Shown here in pieces: positions 38,300 through 47,958 of a DNA stretch of 64,000 nucleotides. The translations under genes and the position numbers were made by a program. The notes beneath the pieces were generated by a model, which made no database searches, had not been told where the DNA came from, and worked only from the letters and a program-made list of their open reading frames with translations. The stretch is from assembly GCA_963205185.1 (NCBI GenBank), contig CAUJHZ010000076.1:17157-81156 (forward strand), in the 5' to 3' direction. Position 1 is the first letter of the stretch; every line of letters begins with the position of its first letter. Source of the stretch: Planctomycetota bacterium. Lineage in GTDB: Bacteria; Planctomycetota; Phycisphaerae; Phycisphaerales; UBA5793.

Positions 38300-39142
38300 T
38301 CAGCGAACGATCACCGTGGTCCGCGCCGAACTGTCGCCGGTCTTGATGATGTCGCGAACGTCCGGATAGAGCACGATGCCGCGCTCCACGTCAACCGCAG
38401 CACCGAACATGGTGCTGATGAACTCGAACGCCGACTGCCACTGGGCCCGCTCGTTGGTCGGAACGAAGATGATGTCGCCGCGCTCGAGCGGAATGTTGGC
38501 AGAGAGCGATTCGATCGACGGGTTGAGCATCATCTCGCGGTAGTCGAACAGGCCGGCCGCGACGAAATCATCAGACATGCGGCGGATGAGGACCATCTTG
38601 CGCAGCGAGGCGTCGCGGGTCGGACCGCCGGCGTCAGCCACGGCATCGAGGATCGTCATGCCGCGCTGATACGCGATGCGTCCCTGCTTGGGCACCTGGC
38701 CCATGACGCGCACGTACTGCTGCATCTGGCTGATGAGGTTCACCGTCACCGAAGGATCGACGTAGTTGCCCTGCAGGCCGCTGGCGATCTTCCGCCGCGC
38801 ATCGGCAGTCGTCAGCCCTTCAAGCCGCATGGGGCCGACAAGCGGGTACTGAATGCCGCCGTCAGAGTCGATGGTGTATTCGCCGTCGAGATTGGGATCC
38901 TGATAGACCCTGATCGAGATGCGATCTCCGGGCACGAGCGTGTAGGGAAGCGAACTGGCGCTGATTGGACGCTGAGGCTCGGCTCCCTCCTCCACGGGCG
39001 GGGCGCCGAAATCCGGGCCGGTGGGCTGCATGTCGGTAGGCATGTTGCAGCCGCCGATCATCACGCACCACGCGACCATCGCCGCCAGGGACGGCAGACG
39101 AACGATTCCACTCCGGAAGTATCCATCCACGCGTGAGTTCAC
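38300..39142 (-). CDS. Polysaccharide export lipoprotein (Wza-like; Poly_export + SLBB)
   Basis: Y.L.PGD.I.I.VY, 'IDSDG.I.YPLVG', 'VRVMGQV', 'L.DAVADAGG', 'L.RGDIIFVP'; lipobox IGG-C. Start uncertain (39142 or 39079). Confidence 0.85.
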   Translation of the reverse strand: MNSRVDGYFRSGIVRLPSLAAMVAWCVMIGGCNMPTDMQPTGPDFGAPPVEEGAEPQRPISASSLPYTLVPGDRISIRVYQDPNLDGEYTIDSDGGIQYPLVGPMRLEGLTTADARRKIASGLQGNYVDPSVTVNLISQMQQYVRVMGQVPKQGRIAYQRGMTILDAVADAGGPTRDASLRKMVLIRRMSDDFVAAGLFDYREMMLNPSIESLSANIPLERGDIIFVPTNERAQWQSAFEFISTMFGAAVDVERGIVLYPDVRDIIKTGDSSARTTVIVR

Positions 39143-39352
39143 TCTCGTCTCTCCGGTTGCGAGCCGCCGATCGAACCGACGGCGGTCCAGCATTATTGCA
39201 GTCCGCAGGCCCCGTGCAAGCCAGCCGCCAGGGCCGGGGAATCATGGTCACCCGCTCGACGACCGATCATCAGGCTGCGTCCAAGCGGCCATACAGAGTA
39301 TCATCCCGCCCACGCGCGGCAAACTCAATCCACGCATCCGAATGAGCGACTC

Positions 39353-40165
39353 GTGCAGTCCGCACAGACCCTGCCCATCCTCGCCTATCACAGTATCGAC
39401 GAATTCGGCACGTCGATCTCAGTCTCGCCCGAGGTTTTCCGGCGGCAAATGCAGTGGTTTGCCGCGCATGGCTGGAAGACCCTGGCGCTGAGCGACGCGG
39501 CCTCCCGCGTCAGGGCCGGCCGCCCTGTCGAATCCCGCAGTTTCGTCCTGACGTTCGACGACGGCATGCAGTCGCTGCTCACCCACGCTGCTCCCGTGCT
39601 CGCCGAGCACGGCTTTTGCGCCGCCACGTTTGTCGTGACCGGCCTGGTCGGCCGACCGCCAGAGTGGTACCGGATGCCGGATCCGTATCGGACGATTCCG
39701 CTGCTCGACCGGGCCGGCCTCGAAAAACTTGCCGATCTCGGCTGGGAACTCCATCCGCATACCCATGACCACCCCGTGCTGGCTCACCTTCCCTTTGAGG
39801 TGCAGGCGGACCAGATCGGCCGCAGCCAGTCGCTCATTCAGGAGTGGTTCGGCCAGCGGGGTGGCGTGCTCGCGTATCCATTCGGACAGTTCAATGCCGA
39901 CACGATGCGGGCGATGGAGCAGTGCGGCCTCGTGGCCGGCGTCACGCTCGCCTTCGGCAGCCGGCTGGATCCGGCCCACCCCTACGCCTGGCCCCGCGTT
40001 GGCTCCGCTTGGCTGAAAGGCTCGAACCTGCGCCAGCGGCTCGCCGTGACGGGCTGGCTCGAGCGCTACGTCGCGCTACGTTCGCTGGTAAAGAAGGGCC
40101 GGGAGCGCCACTTTCAGCAGCCGACGGCCGAGACCACGCGAGGCTTGGTTCCGCTGGGCGGTTGA
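39353..40165 (+). CDS. Polysaccharide deacetylase (CE4/NodB)
   Basis: ILAYHSI, LTFDDG, ATFVVTG, HPHT.DHP.L, AYPFG, PRV. Confidence 0.92.
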   Translation: MQSAQTLPILAYHSIDEFGTSISVSPEVFRRQMQWFAAHGWKTLALSDAASRVRAGRPVESRSFVLTFDDGMQSLLTHAAPVLAEHGFCAATFVVTGLVGRPPEWYRMPDPYRTIPLLDRAGLEKLADLGWELHPHTHDHPVLAHLPFEVQADQIGRSQSLIQEWFGQRGGVLAYPFGQFNADTMRAMEQCGLVAGVTLAFGSRLDPAHPYAWPRVGSAWLKGSNLRQRLAVTGWLERYVALRSLVKKGRERHFQQPTAETTRGLVPLGG

Positions 40166-40885
40166 TCACTTCTTTTCGCCGGGCGCCGGTTCGCCGATTC
40201 GCGTCTCCGTGCCCGCGCGGATGCGGGCGATGTTGCTGCGGTGCTTCCACAGCACAAGCAGCGTCAGCAGCGCCGTGACCAGCAGGAAGGGCCAGCGCTC
40301 GGATACACGCTCGGCCAAGTCGCCGGCGGCGCCCCCGGTTGTTGAAGCGATGCTCAGCAGGTACCACAGCGGCAGGCTCAGCGCCGCAAGCATCGAGGCC
40401 ACGCTGATCATCCGCCAGAGCTTGACGGCCGCCAGCCACACGACGAGGGCGCCGAGAATCGGCCACGTCAGGTGCGGGTAGATGCCCAGCAGCGAGCCAA
40501 AGCCGGTCGCCACTCCTTTGCCGCCCTTGAAGCCGAGGAAGATCGAGTTGGTATGGCCGATGATTGCGGCAAACGCCACGCCGATCCACAGCAGCATCTG
40601 TGCCTGGGTGATTTCCTTTTCGACGTCGCGCATGTCCGCGGCAAACAGGCCACACCACACGCCGGCCGCGACCGTCGGGCCAAGACCCTTGCACACATCC
40701 AGGGCGAAGCAGACCATGCCGTACTTGCGGCCGAGCGTACGACCGACGTTGGAGGCGCCGACGTTGCCCGATCCGTGCAGGCGGATGTCGATCCCGCGGG
40801 CGCGGCCGATGATCAGCGCAAATGGAATCGAACCGACGAGGTAGGCGACGATGATCAGAATGGACCACTTGACGGGATCGGTCAC
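40166..40885 (-). CDS. plsY: Glycerol-3-phosphate acyltransferase PlsY
   Basis: YLVGSIPF, DIR.HGSGNVGASNV.R, D..KG, GH...IFLGFKGGKGVATG, KHRSNI.RI..GTE. GTG start with GGGAG SD. Confidence 0.95.
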   Translation of the reverse strand: MTDPVKWSILIIVAYLVGSIPFALIIGRARGIDIRLHGSGNVGASNVGRTLGRKYGMVCFALDVCKGLGPTVAAGVWCGLFAADMRDVEKEITQAQMLLWIGVAFAAIIGHTNSIFLGFKGGKGVATGFGSLLGIYPHLTWPILGALVVWLAAVKLWRMISVASMLAALSLPLWYLLSIASTTGGAAGDLAERVSERWPFLLVTALLTLLVLWKHRSNIARIRAGTETRIGEPAPGEKK

Positions 40886-40937
40886 GCGGCTGCTCCCATG
40901 CGAGGCGCGATCATAGCGCGGCGGCTGCGGCGGCCGA

Positions 40938-42080
40938 TCAGCAGGCGAACTCCCGCGCCAGCGCTTCCATTCGATCGACAAACAGTTCGAAGCGCATGCT
41001 CGGCGCGATCGCCTGCGCCGTGCGCTGAGCCGCCTCGCGCTGCGGCTGCTCAAGAAGGCCGACCATCGCGTCGCGCAGGGCCTCGGCGCGCGCCGTCGAG
41101 ACGATGCGGCCGGCGAGGCGCTGGTCCGGGCCGCGCATCCGCTCGGCGCCCGCCGTAGCCGTCGTGGTGATCCCCGGCGCGCCGAAGGCAAGACACTCCC
41201 AGATGAACCGGCCAAACATGGATCGTACCGCGGGGATGATCCCCACGTCGGCGGCGGAGAGCAGGTGCTCCATCTCGCGGGTGCGCGAGACCAGTCGGAT
41301 CTGCTCGTCGCAGCGGAGATCGACGGCCAGATCGTGCAGAGGCCAGGGATCTTCGCACGCCATGACGAGCCGCGCCTGCGGGTGGCCCGACTCAACCGTC
41401 TCGGCGAACGCCCGCAGCGCGGTCCTGCCGCCCTTGAGCGCCGGCGACTTGGCGGCCCAGAGGAAGACGACCTGTCCGGGATCGATATCGAGAATCTCTC
41501 GTACTTCCTGGCGCTGCTGCAGCGCCTTGCCATCTTCCAGGGGCGGCTCGACGGGCGAAGCGCCGGGGATCCGCCGCAACATGCGCTCGATTCCCGGCGC
41601 CTCGTCGAGCAAAGCGTCGGCCATGGCGTCGCTCAGCGCCACCACGCATCCCAGCCGCCGGTCGCGCCTGGTGTGCAGTCCGACGAGAAGGGAGACGAGT
41701 CGCCGGGGATCGACGATGTTGAGCAGCCGCCGCGCACCGCGTCCGGGCCGGCGGTCTGGACCGGGAGCAAAACCGAAAGTGGGAATCAGGATGTCCGCCG
41801 GAATCGCTGCGTGAAATGAGATCGATGCATCACACGGCAAATCGCGCATCACCGGTCCGGCCCAGCGATGCAGCATCAGCGGCCGGTGCGAGGCGCCTGA
41901 TTGAAAGGTCCGGCGGGCGATAATGCGGAGATCGGGATACAGATCGGGATCGGTCACCGTGTCGCAGACGATCGTGACCTCATGCCCGCGCTGAACGAAT
42001 CGACGGCCGAGTTCGGTCACCAGCTGCGCGTGCGCTCCGACGAAGCGCCGCACATGTTCGTAGGCAATCACGATGCGCAT
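40938..42080 (-). CDS. Glycosyltransferase family 4 (RfaG/WaaG-like)
   Basis: N-terminal 'G.H..LV.EL...F..RGHEV'; 'KG...ALRAF'; 'AADV...PA...FG..IWE.LA.G.P.IT'. Confidence 0.8.
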   Translation of the reverse strand: MRIVIAYEHVRRFVGAHAQLVTELGRRFVQRGHEVTIVCDTVTDPDLYPDLRIIARRTFQSGASHRPLMLHRWAGPVMRDLPCDASISFHAAIPADILIPTFGFAPGPDRRPGRGARRLLNIVDPRRLVSLLVGLHTRRDRRLGCVVALSDAMADALLDEAPGIERMLRRIPGASPVEPPLEDGKALQQRQEVREILDIDPGQVVFLWAAKSPALKGGRTALRAFAETVESGHPQARLVMACEDPWPLHDLAVDLRCDEQIRLVSRTREMEHLLSAADVGIIPAVRSMFGRFIWECLAFGAPGITTTATAGAERMRGPDQRLAGRIVSTARAEALRDAMVGLLEQPQREAAQRTAQAIAPSMRFELFVDRMEALAREFAC

Positions 42081-42098
42081 GGAGATCCCGCCGGTCGC

Positions 42099-43517
42099 TC
42101 AATTGGTATCCGTCGCGGCCTTCGCATTGTTGGGGCGCTGCGCCGCCGTGTCGCCGGATGGCCGCCAACGCGAGTCGGGCCGCGTCTCGTAGTAAATGAC
42201 GGCAATTGCAAAGATGAGTGCGATCGTACCGGGCGCGCTCATGTTGTGACTGTCAAACAGGAACGCGACGAACAGCCCCGCCACGAGCGGCAGGCGATTG
42301 AGCTTCACGCCGCGGCGGCGATCGCGAGCGGCTTCCACCGCGAGCAGAACCCACATCGCCAGATACAGCGCGAGCCCCGGCCAGCCGAGCAGCGCCAGGT
42401 GGTAGAGCAGCGCGCTGTGCGGGTGGGTAAGCAGGCCGGTGGTTCGGCGCGGCGGCTGGGCCGATTCGCCTTCCCCGGGCGCCGGTGCGGGATGAGCCAT
42501 CACGCAGGCTCGCGCTGCGTCCAGATAGCCCCCGACCCCGACGCCAGTCAGGGGATGCGCACGTGCCAGCGTGAAAGAGATGTCGAATTGGCGCCAGCGC
42601 GCAGCGACGTCGCCGGAGTAGTCGCCCTGCTCCACCGCGGCCCGGAACTGCACAACGCCATCCCGTACGCGCATCATCACCTGCGGACCAACCGCCACCG
42701 CGAACACCAGCGCGACCGCCGCCAGCACGCCGACGATCACCCACTCGCTGCGCCAGGACCGGCCGGTGCGATGGGCTCGGCGCAAGGCGGCCCAGGCGCG
42801 CCAACCGCGTGGAACAGATGCCAGCACACCGGCGCCAACCGCGAGCCACGCGCCGCGACTGCCGGTGAGCAGCAGCCCGACCCACGCCAGAACCCACAGG
42901 GCCAGCAGCGTCGGCCACTGTCGGCGCTGCTCGATCATCAGCCGGGGCAGCAGCAGAATGGAGGTCGCGGCAACGACGGCTGTCGAGTTCGGATGATCGA
43001 GCCCTGGGAATCGGCCGGGAATGCGCTCCGCGTGCCACCAGAAGAACAGCGGCCATGACTCGCCAAAGACCCATTGCCCGATCTGAACCAGTGCCGCAAT
43101 CGCGGCGCCCGCGGCCAGAGCCCACGTCAACAGACGCCAGCGATCGATGACGGGCCAGAGCGCGATCAGCACCGGAATCTGAAATCGCAGGATCGACGCC
43201 TCGTCCCAGCCGTCAGGTCGATTCGTGGACCAGGTAAGCGAGAGGAGCGTCCACGCCAGCAGGGCGAGCAGGACGCAGACGATCGGCAGGCGGATGAGAT
43301 AGCCGACCGCCGGCCCCGTTGCCCAGAGGCGCAGTAGTGAATAGCCGATGGCGATCCCGGTCATGATCGCCAACGGCGCCGTGCCCAGCGGCAGCAGCAG
43401 CAGCATCGCCATGACGAGCCCCGTGTGCACACGATCGCCGATCGGATCGCGCTGACGGGCGCGCTGCATCATGCCCAGCGCATCATCCGGCGCCGGCCTG
43501 ACGGAATGAACAATCAC
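42099..43517 (-). CDS. O-antigen ligase family (Wzy_C) membrane protein
   Basis: Multiple TMs; 'LLTGSRGAWL'; 'HPLTGVG.G.Y'; 'HPHS'. GTG start overlaps the GT2 stop (GTGA). Confidence 0.88.
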   Translation of the reverse strand: MIVHSVRPAPDDALGMMQRARQRDPIGDRVHTGLVMAMLLLLPLGTAPLAIMTGIAIGYSLLRLWATGPAVGYLIRLPIVCVLLALLAWTLLSLTWSTNRPDGWDEASILRFQIPVLIALWPVIDRWRLLTWALAAGAAIAALVQIGQWVFGESWPLFFWWHAERIPGRFPGLDHPNSTAVVAATSILLLPRLMIEQRRQWPTLLALWVLAWVGLLLTGSRGAWLAVGAGVLASVPRGWRAWAALRRAHRTGRSWRSEWVIVGVLAAVALVFAVAVGPQVMMRVRDGVVQFRAAVEQGDYSGDVAARWRQFDISFTLARAHPLTGVGVGGYLDAARACVMAHPAPAPGEGESAQPPRRTTGLLTHPHSALLYHLALLGWPGLALYLAMWVLLAVEAARDRRRGVKLNRLPLVAGLFVAFLFDSHNMSAPGTIALIFAIAVIYYETRPDSRWRPSGDTAAQRPNNAKAATDTN

Positions 43518-44305
43518 GGCTGTCGGTCCGCGGGTGCGGCGCCCGAGGCCAGTTCGAGCAGGCGCATGTGCTTGGCGGCGGCGCTGATGCCGGCGCCCAT
43601 CGCGCATGCCCAGCCGGGCCAGCCGTCGAGCCACGCGGATTTGAGGACGATCTGCTTGAGGATCGCCGCCGTCGGCGAGATCGCAAGTTTGAGCACCGAC
43701 GCGCGGCGGCCGAGTTTGTGGTAACTCTCGCCGGCGTGCACGCCGTGGCTGATCTGCTTGCGGAGCAGCTCAGCGACAGTGGCAAACGCATCGTGCCGCA
43801 AAACGCCGCGCAGCCGCCGCGACGGCCCCGAGACGTCGAGCCGGTCGTGCGGGTCGTAGCCCGCCCAGCGCGCCGCCTGCGGCCGCACCAGGCGCATGCG
43901 CCACTCCGGCTGCCAGGTGTAGCGCAGTTCGCGACCCGCGAACCACACGCGGCGGTTCACTTCGCACCCGGCGATGTGCGGATCGTCGCTGCTCACTACC
44001 GCGCCGATTTCTCCGGCCAGTTGGGAATCCACGGACTCATCACTATCGAGGCTGAGCACCCACGGCGTGTCGCACTGATCCAGCGCGAACTGCTTCTGGC
44101 GCACGTGCCCTTCCCAGTCGTGATGGATCACCTCCGCACCGAGGCTGCTCGCCAGTTCGACCGTGCGGTCTTTCGAACCGGAATCGACGACGACCACGCG
44201 GCCGGCGAGCGAGCGGACGCTCTCGATGGTGCGGCCGATCGTCGCTTCATTGTTGCAGGCGATGATGGCCACGCTGAGCACGGAGGGGTCGTATCGCTTG
44301 AACAT
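43514..44305 (-). CDS. Glycosyltransferase family 2 (KdtX/WaaE-like)
   Basis: LSVAIIACNNE, VVDSGSKDRT, QKQFAL, WVLSLDSDE, LDGWPG. Confidence 0.9.
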   Translation of the reverse strand: MFKRYDPSVLSVAIIACNNEATIGRTIESVRSLAGRVVVVDSGSKDRTVELASSLGAEVIHHDWEGHVRQKQFALDQCDTPWVLSLDSDESVDSQLAGEIGAVVSSDDPHIAGCEVNRRVWFAGRELRYTWQPEWRMRLVRPQAARWAGYDPHDRLDVSGPSRRLRGVLRHDAFATVAELLRKQISHGVHAGESYHKLGRRASVLKLAISPTAAILKQIVLKSAWLDGWPGWACAMGAGISAAAKHMRLLELASGAAPADRQP

Positions 44306-44379
44306 GTCCGATCATCATGGCGGCGGGGAACGCCCCGTCAATCCCCGGGCGGCCCGAGATTCGACGAAGGGCGCCGGAC

Positions 44380-45396
44380 TCAGACGCGATCTTCAGGTCG
44401 GATCGGCCGGACAATCTTGAGAGCCCGGTTGCCGCGATGCTGGCCGATGTGCGCGAGCATCTTCTTCTCGCCCTCCACGGTGAGCACCACCGGCCGCGTC
44501 GCGGGCTTGTCGGTGACGATCAGATCACCCACGGAGAGGTTCATCAGGTCGTCGAGGGTGAGCGTGGTCTCGGCCAGGGTTCCGCCCACGCTCAGGACCG
44601 CGCCCGCGAGCGAATGCGTGATGCGCTTGGCGAACTCGATGTCATCATCATCGCGCTGCACGTTGAACCACGACTGGGCGCTGAGTTCGGGCATGAGCGG
44701 CTCGATGACGTTGAACGGAATGCACAGATTCATCGTGCCGGCCCGCGCGCCCATCTTGATCTCAAAGCCGATGACGACGACGACTTCATTGGGAGGCACG
44801 ATCTGCACAAGGTGCGGGTTGCTCTCGGTTTCGACCAGGGTGAAGTCCAGCCGCCGAATGCCTTCCCACGCCTCGCTCAGCGCCTTAAGCGCGCGGCCGA
44901 GCACGACGCTGAGGAGTTTGATCTCGATGACCGTCAGCGCACGCTGGGGGATGAACAGTTCGTTGCTCGCTCCGCCGAGCATCCGATCGACGAGCGGGTA
45001 GACGATCAGCGGACTCAGTTCGAGGCAGATCATGCCCTCGAGCTGTTCGGCGCGAATGAGATTGAACGCCGTCGGATTGGGCAGGCTGGAAATGAACTCC
45101 GAATAGGTCATCTGCTCGGTCGTCGCGACTTTGACTTCGACGATGGTGCGGATGAACCCGGAGATCGAAGCGCCGAAGATGCGGCCGAACGATTCGTGCA
45201 GCGTCTCGAGGGAGCGCATCTGCTCCTTGGACACGCGCTCGGGGCGCTTGAAGTCGTACGCCCGGATCTCGACCTGGTCGAGGTCGCGGCGGTGTCGCGA
45301 GAAGAGTTGCCCGGCGGTGGTTTCCTCCTCGATGGCGCCGGAGTCGACCGCCGCGAGCAGGGCGTCAATATCGGATTGGTCGAGGATGTCGTTCAT
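44380..45396 (-). CDS. fliM: Flagellar motor switch protein FliM
   Basis: ILDQSDIDALL (CheY-binding), YDFKRP.R, GG, ETESNP..VQIV, C-terminal SpoA/FliN-like domain. Confidence 0.95.
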   Translation of the reverse strand: MNDILDQSDIDALLAAVDSGAIEEETTAGQLFSRHRRDLDQVEIRAYDFKRPERVSKEQMRSLETLHESFGRIFGASISGFIRTIVEVKVATTEQMTYSEFISSLPNPTAFNLIRAEQLEGMICLELSPLIVYPLVDRMLGGASNELFIPQRALTVIEIKLLSVVLGRALKALSEAWEGIRRLDFTLVETESNPHLVQIVPPNEVVVVIGFEIKMGARAGTMNLCIPFNVIEPLMPELSAQSWFNVQRDDDDIEFAKRITHSLAGAVLSVGGTLAETTLTLDDLMNLSVGDLIVTDKPATRPVVLTVEGEKKMLAHIGQHRGNRALKIVRPIRPEDRV

Positions 45397-45525
45397 GCAC
45401 TGACCGCCGGCCCTTCGCGCGCAGCCCAACCGGAACGGCACGCGGCCCTACTCGCTTTATCGGACACCGCTGCGGGGCCACTTGAACCCGGGCCGCCGCG
45501 GCTCGTAGAAGATAAGCCGCGTCGC

Positions 45526-45531
45526 TATACT
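45526..45531 (+). promoter_or_regulatory. Candidate -10 box TATACT for dsbD
   Basis: TANNNT hexamer 40 nt upstream of ATG 45571; SD GGAGA downstream; -35 weak. Confidence 0.35.
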
Positions 45532-45570
45532 CGCCTGAATCGGCTGGCTGCTTTCCCGGGAGAATCCGTA

Positions 45571-47949
45571 ATGCTTCGATGGCGGTTGCTGCCCCTGCTG
45601 CTCGTGCTGCTCACCGCATTTCAGTCGGCCGCCGCCCAACCGCCCGGCACCGAGCCGCGCGTCCGCGCAACCGTCGAGTGGTCGCACAACGGGTACCTGC
45701 CCGGCTCGCAAGGGGCGCTCGCCGTCATCCTGCAGATCGAGCCCGGCTGGCATGTCTATCCCGGGATCGGCTCACCCGATGCGCCCGAGTTGTACATCCC
45801 CACATCCATCGAACTCGCGCTGCCGGAGGGCTGGATGCGGGGCGAGATCCAATGGCCCGCCGCTCACGAAGTAACTTTTGGACCGGAGGGCGCGCAGGAA
45901 CAGGTGAAGGTCTACGAGGGCCGCTCGGTCGTCTACATCCCATTCCTTGTGTCATCCGATGCAGCCGAGGGACCGGCGAGCGGCAGCGCCACGGTCGCGT
46001 ACCAGGCGTGCGACGACCAGACCTGCGAGCCTCCCACGGATACGCGCGTGGCGCTTTCGACGCGCGTGGTGACCGATGCTGGAGCGGTCGAAGCCAATGA
46101 CGATGCCGCTCTGGCCGAGACGTTTGCGGAGTTACTGGCCAAACCCGTGGTTGCCGCAACCGAGCCCGGCCCGGCCGAATCAGCGCCGCCCTCGATCGCA
46201 GCCGATCCATCGACTGAGAAACCGACGGCGCTTCCCAGTAGCGGGCACACCTTCTTTGGCATCGAAGTTCCCAGGCAGGACGGCGTCGTGGGGCTGCTGC
46301 TGCTCATCGGTATTTCGGCGCTCGGCGGGTTCCTGCTCAACCTCACGCCGTGCGTGCTGCCCGTCATCCCGATCAAGATCATGACGATCATGCAGCACGC
46401 CAACCACCCCGGCCGCGGGCTGGTGCTGGGCCTGTGGATGGCGCTGGGCGTCGTCGCGTTCTGGGCCGCGATCGGCGTGCCTGTAGCGCTGGTGAGCGTG
46501 ACGGGCATCAGCGATCCGTCACGACTCTTTGGCATCTGGTGGCTCACGCTGGGCATCGGCGCTGTCATCGCGCTGATGGGTGTGGGCATCATGGGACTGT
46601 TCACAATTCAACTTCCTCAGGCGGTCTACGCGGTCAATCCCAAGGCCGACTCGGCGTGGGGTTCGTTCGTGTTCGGGATCATGACGGCGGTGCTCGGCCT
46701 GCCATGCTTCGGCTTCGTAGCGGGGGCGCTGCTGGCGGGCGTGGCGGCGATGCCACCGCTGAAGATTATGGTGATCTTCATCTCGCTGGGTGTCGGCATG
46801 GGCGGGCCGTACATCGTCCTGTCGGCCAATCCGAAGTGGCTCGACCGCCTGCCGCGCACCGGACCGGCGAGTGAACTGGTCAAGCAGGTCATGGGGCTGC
46901 TGCTGCTGGCGGCGGCGGCGTTCTTCATCGGCGCGGGCCTCATCGCGCTGGTGCGCGAGAAGCCGTACCTTTCACACCAGTTGCACTGGTGGGCCGTGGC
47001 GCTGTTCGCGGCTCTGGCCGGGCTTTGGCTCATCGTTCGCACGTTCCAGATTTCCTCGCGTCTCAAGCCGCGCGCGGTGTTCACGATTGCCGGGCTGCTC
47101 CTGGGCTCGATTGCGGTGCTCTACGCCGCCAGCCAGACCGCCAAGGCCCGGGCCGACTGGCTCGTGCACCAGGAAGCGCTGGCCAACGCGGGCGACGGCG
47201 CTGCCTACATCCACGGCGCCTGGAACGAGTACACCCCCGCCGCGTTTGAGCGGGCCCGCGCCGACGGGCACATTGTCGTGGCCGACTTCACCGCCGAGTG
47301 GTGCCTGAACTGCAAGATCATCAAAGCGGCGGTGCTCAATAAAGAGCCCGTCCTGAGCGCGCTCAACAGCGACGACGTGGTCAAGTTCACCGTCGATCTC
47401 ACGAGCAACAGCGCGCCGGGCTGGGCGTTTATCAAGGAACTCGGCCAGACCGGCATCCCCTTACTGGCGATCTACACGCCCGGCAGCGATGATCCCTGGC
47501 TGAGCAACGCCTACACATCCCAGCAGGTGCTCGATGCGATCGCGGCGGCGCGCTCAAGTCGAGACCAGGCTGCGCGCACTCCAGTGATGCGTGAATACTC
47601 CGCAGGAGCACTCGAGGAGGCGCTCGGCTCTGGTGCAGTTGTTGTCCTCGTTTTCTACGCGGAGTGGGACCTGAACAACGTGTTGTTCCACCGTCGAATC
47701 ATTGAAAGTGAGGCCGTGCGCAGCGAACTGTTGAAGCCCGGAACGATCGGATTCAACGTCGACGTAACGTCGGACCAGTCGCCAGGATGGGACCTGCTCA
47801 ATCAGCTGGACTCGCCTGGCCCTCCCAGCGTCGCGATCTATGGGCCAGAACGTGACTCGCCGCGCATCGACACTTTGGGTCCGCTGGCGCTGGCTGAAGC
47901 AATTGCGGCGGCCCGATCATCGGATGGAACGGCGAAGGCTGGACCATAA
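45571..47949 (+). CDS. dsbD: Thiol:disulfide interchange protein DsbD-like, with an extra degenerate thioredoxin domain, 792 aa
   Basis: Signal peptide; DsbD-N 'YQACDDQTC.PP'; TM domain LNLTPCVLP and LPC; thioredoxin FTAEWCLNC; second Cys-less thioredoxin FYAEWDLNN. Confidence 0.88.
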   Translation: MLRWRLLPLLLVLLTAFQSAAAQPPGTEPRVRATVEWSHNGYLPGSQGALAVILQIEPGWHVYPGIGSPDAPELYIPTSIELALPEGWMRGEIQWPAAHEVTFGPEGAQEQVKVYEGRSVVYIPFLVSSDAAEGPASGSATVAYQACDDQTCEPPTDTRVALSTRVVTDAGAVEANDDAALAETFAELLAKPVVAATEPGPAESAPPSIAADPSTEKPTALPSSGHTFFGIEVPRQDGVVGLLLLIGISALGGFLLNLTPCVLPVIPIKIMTIMQHANHPGRGLVLGLWMALGVVAFWAAIGVPVALVSVTGISDPSRLFGIWWLTLGIGAVIALMGVGIMGLFTIQLPQAVYAVNPKADSAWGSFVFGIMTAVLGLPCFGFVAGALLAGVAAMPPLKIMVIFISLGVGMGGPYIVLSANPKWLDRLPRTGPASELVKQVMGLLLLAAAAFFIGAGLIALVREKPYLSHQLHWWAVALFAALAGLWLIVRTFQISSRLKPRAVFTIAGLLLGSIAVLYAASQTAKARADWLVHQEALANAGDGAAYIHGAWNEYTPAAFERARADGHIVVADFTAEWCLNCKIIKAAVLNKEPVLSALNSDDVVKFTVDLTSNSAPGWAFIKELGQTGIPLLAIYTPGSDDPWLSNAYTSQQVLDAIAAARSSRDQAARTPVMREYSAGALEEALGSGAVVVLVFYAEWDLNNVLFHRRIIESEAVRSELLKPGTIGFNVDVTSDQSPGWDLLNQLDSPGPPSVAIYGPERDSPRIDTLGPLALAEAIAAARSSDGTAKAGP

Positions 47950-47958
47950 AGGGTTCGC

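Noticed and set aside
36615-45001. Plus-strand ORFs 36615..38369, 41901..43058 and 43568..45001
   Set aside because: Antisense to the glycosyltransferase, ligase and fliM genes; no independent signals.
44317-45570. 418-codon N-terminal extension making DsbD 1210 aa
   Set aside because: Antisense to fliM. A signal peptide, GGAGA SD and TATACT box all support a start at 45571.
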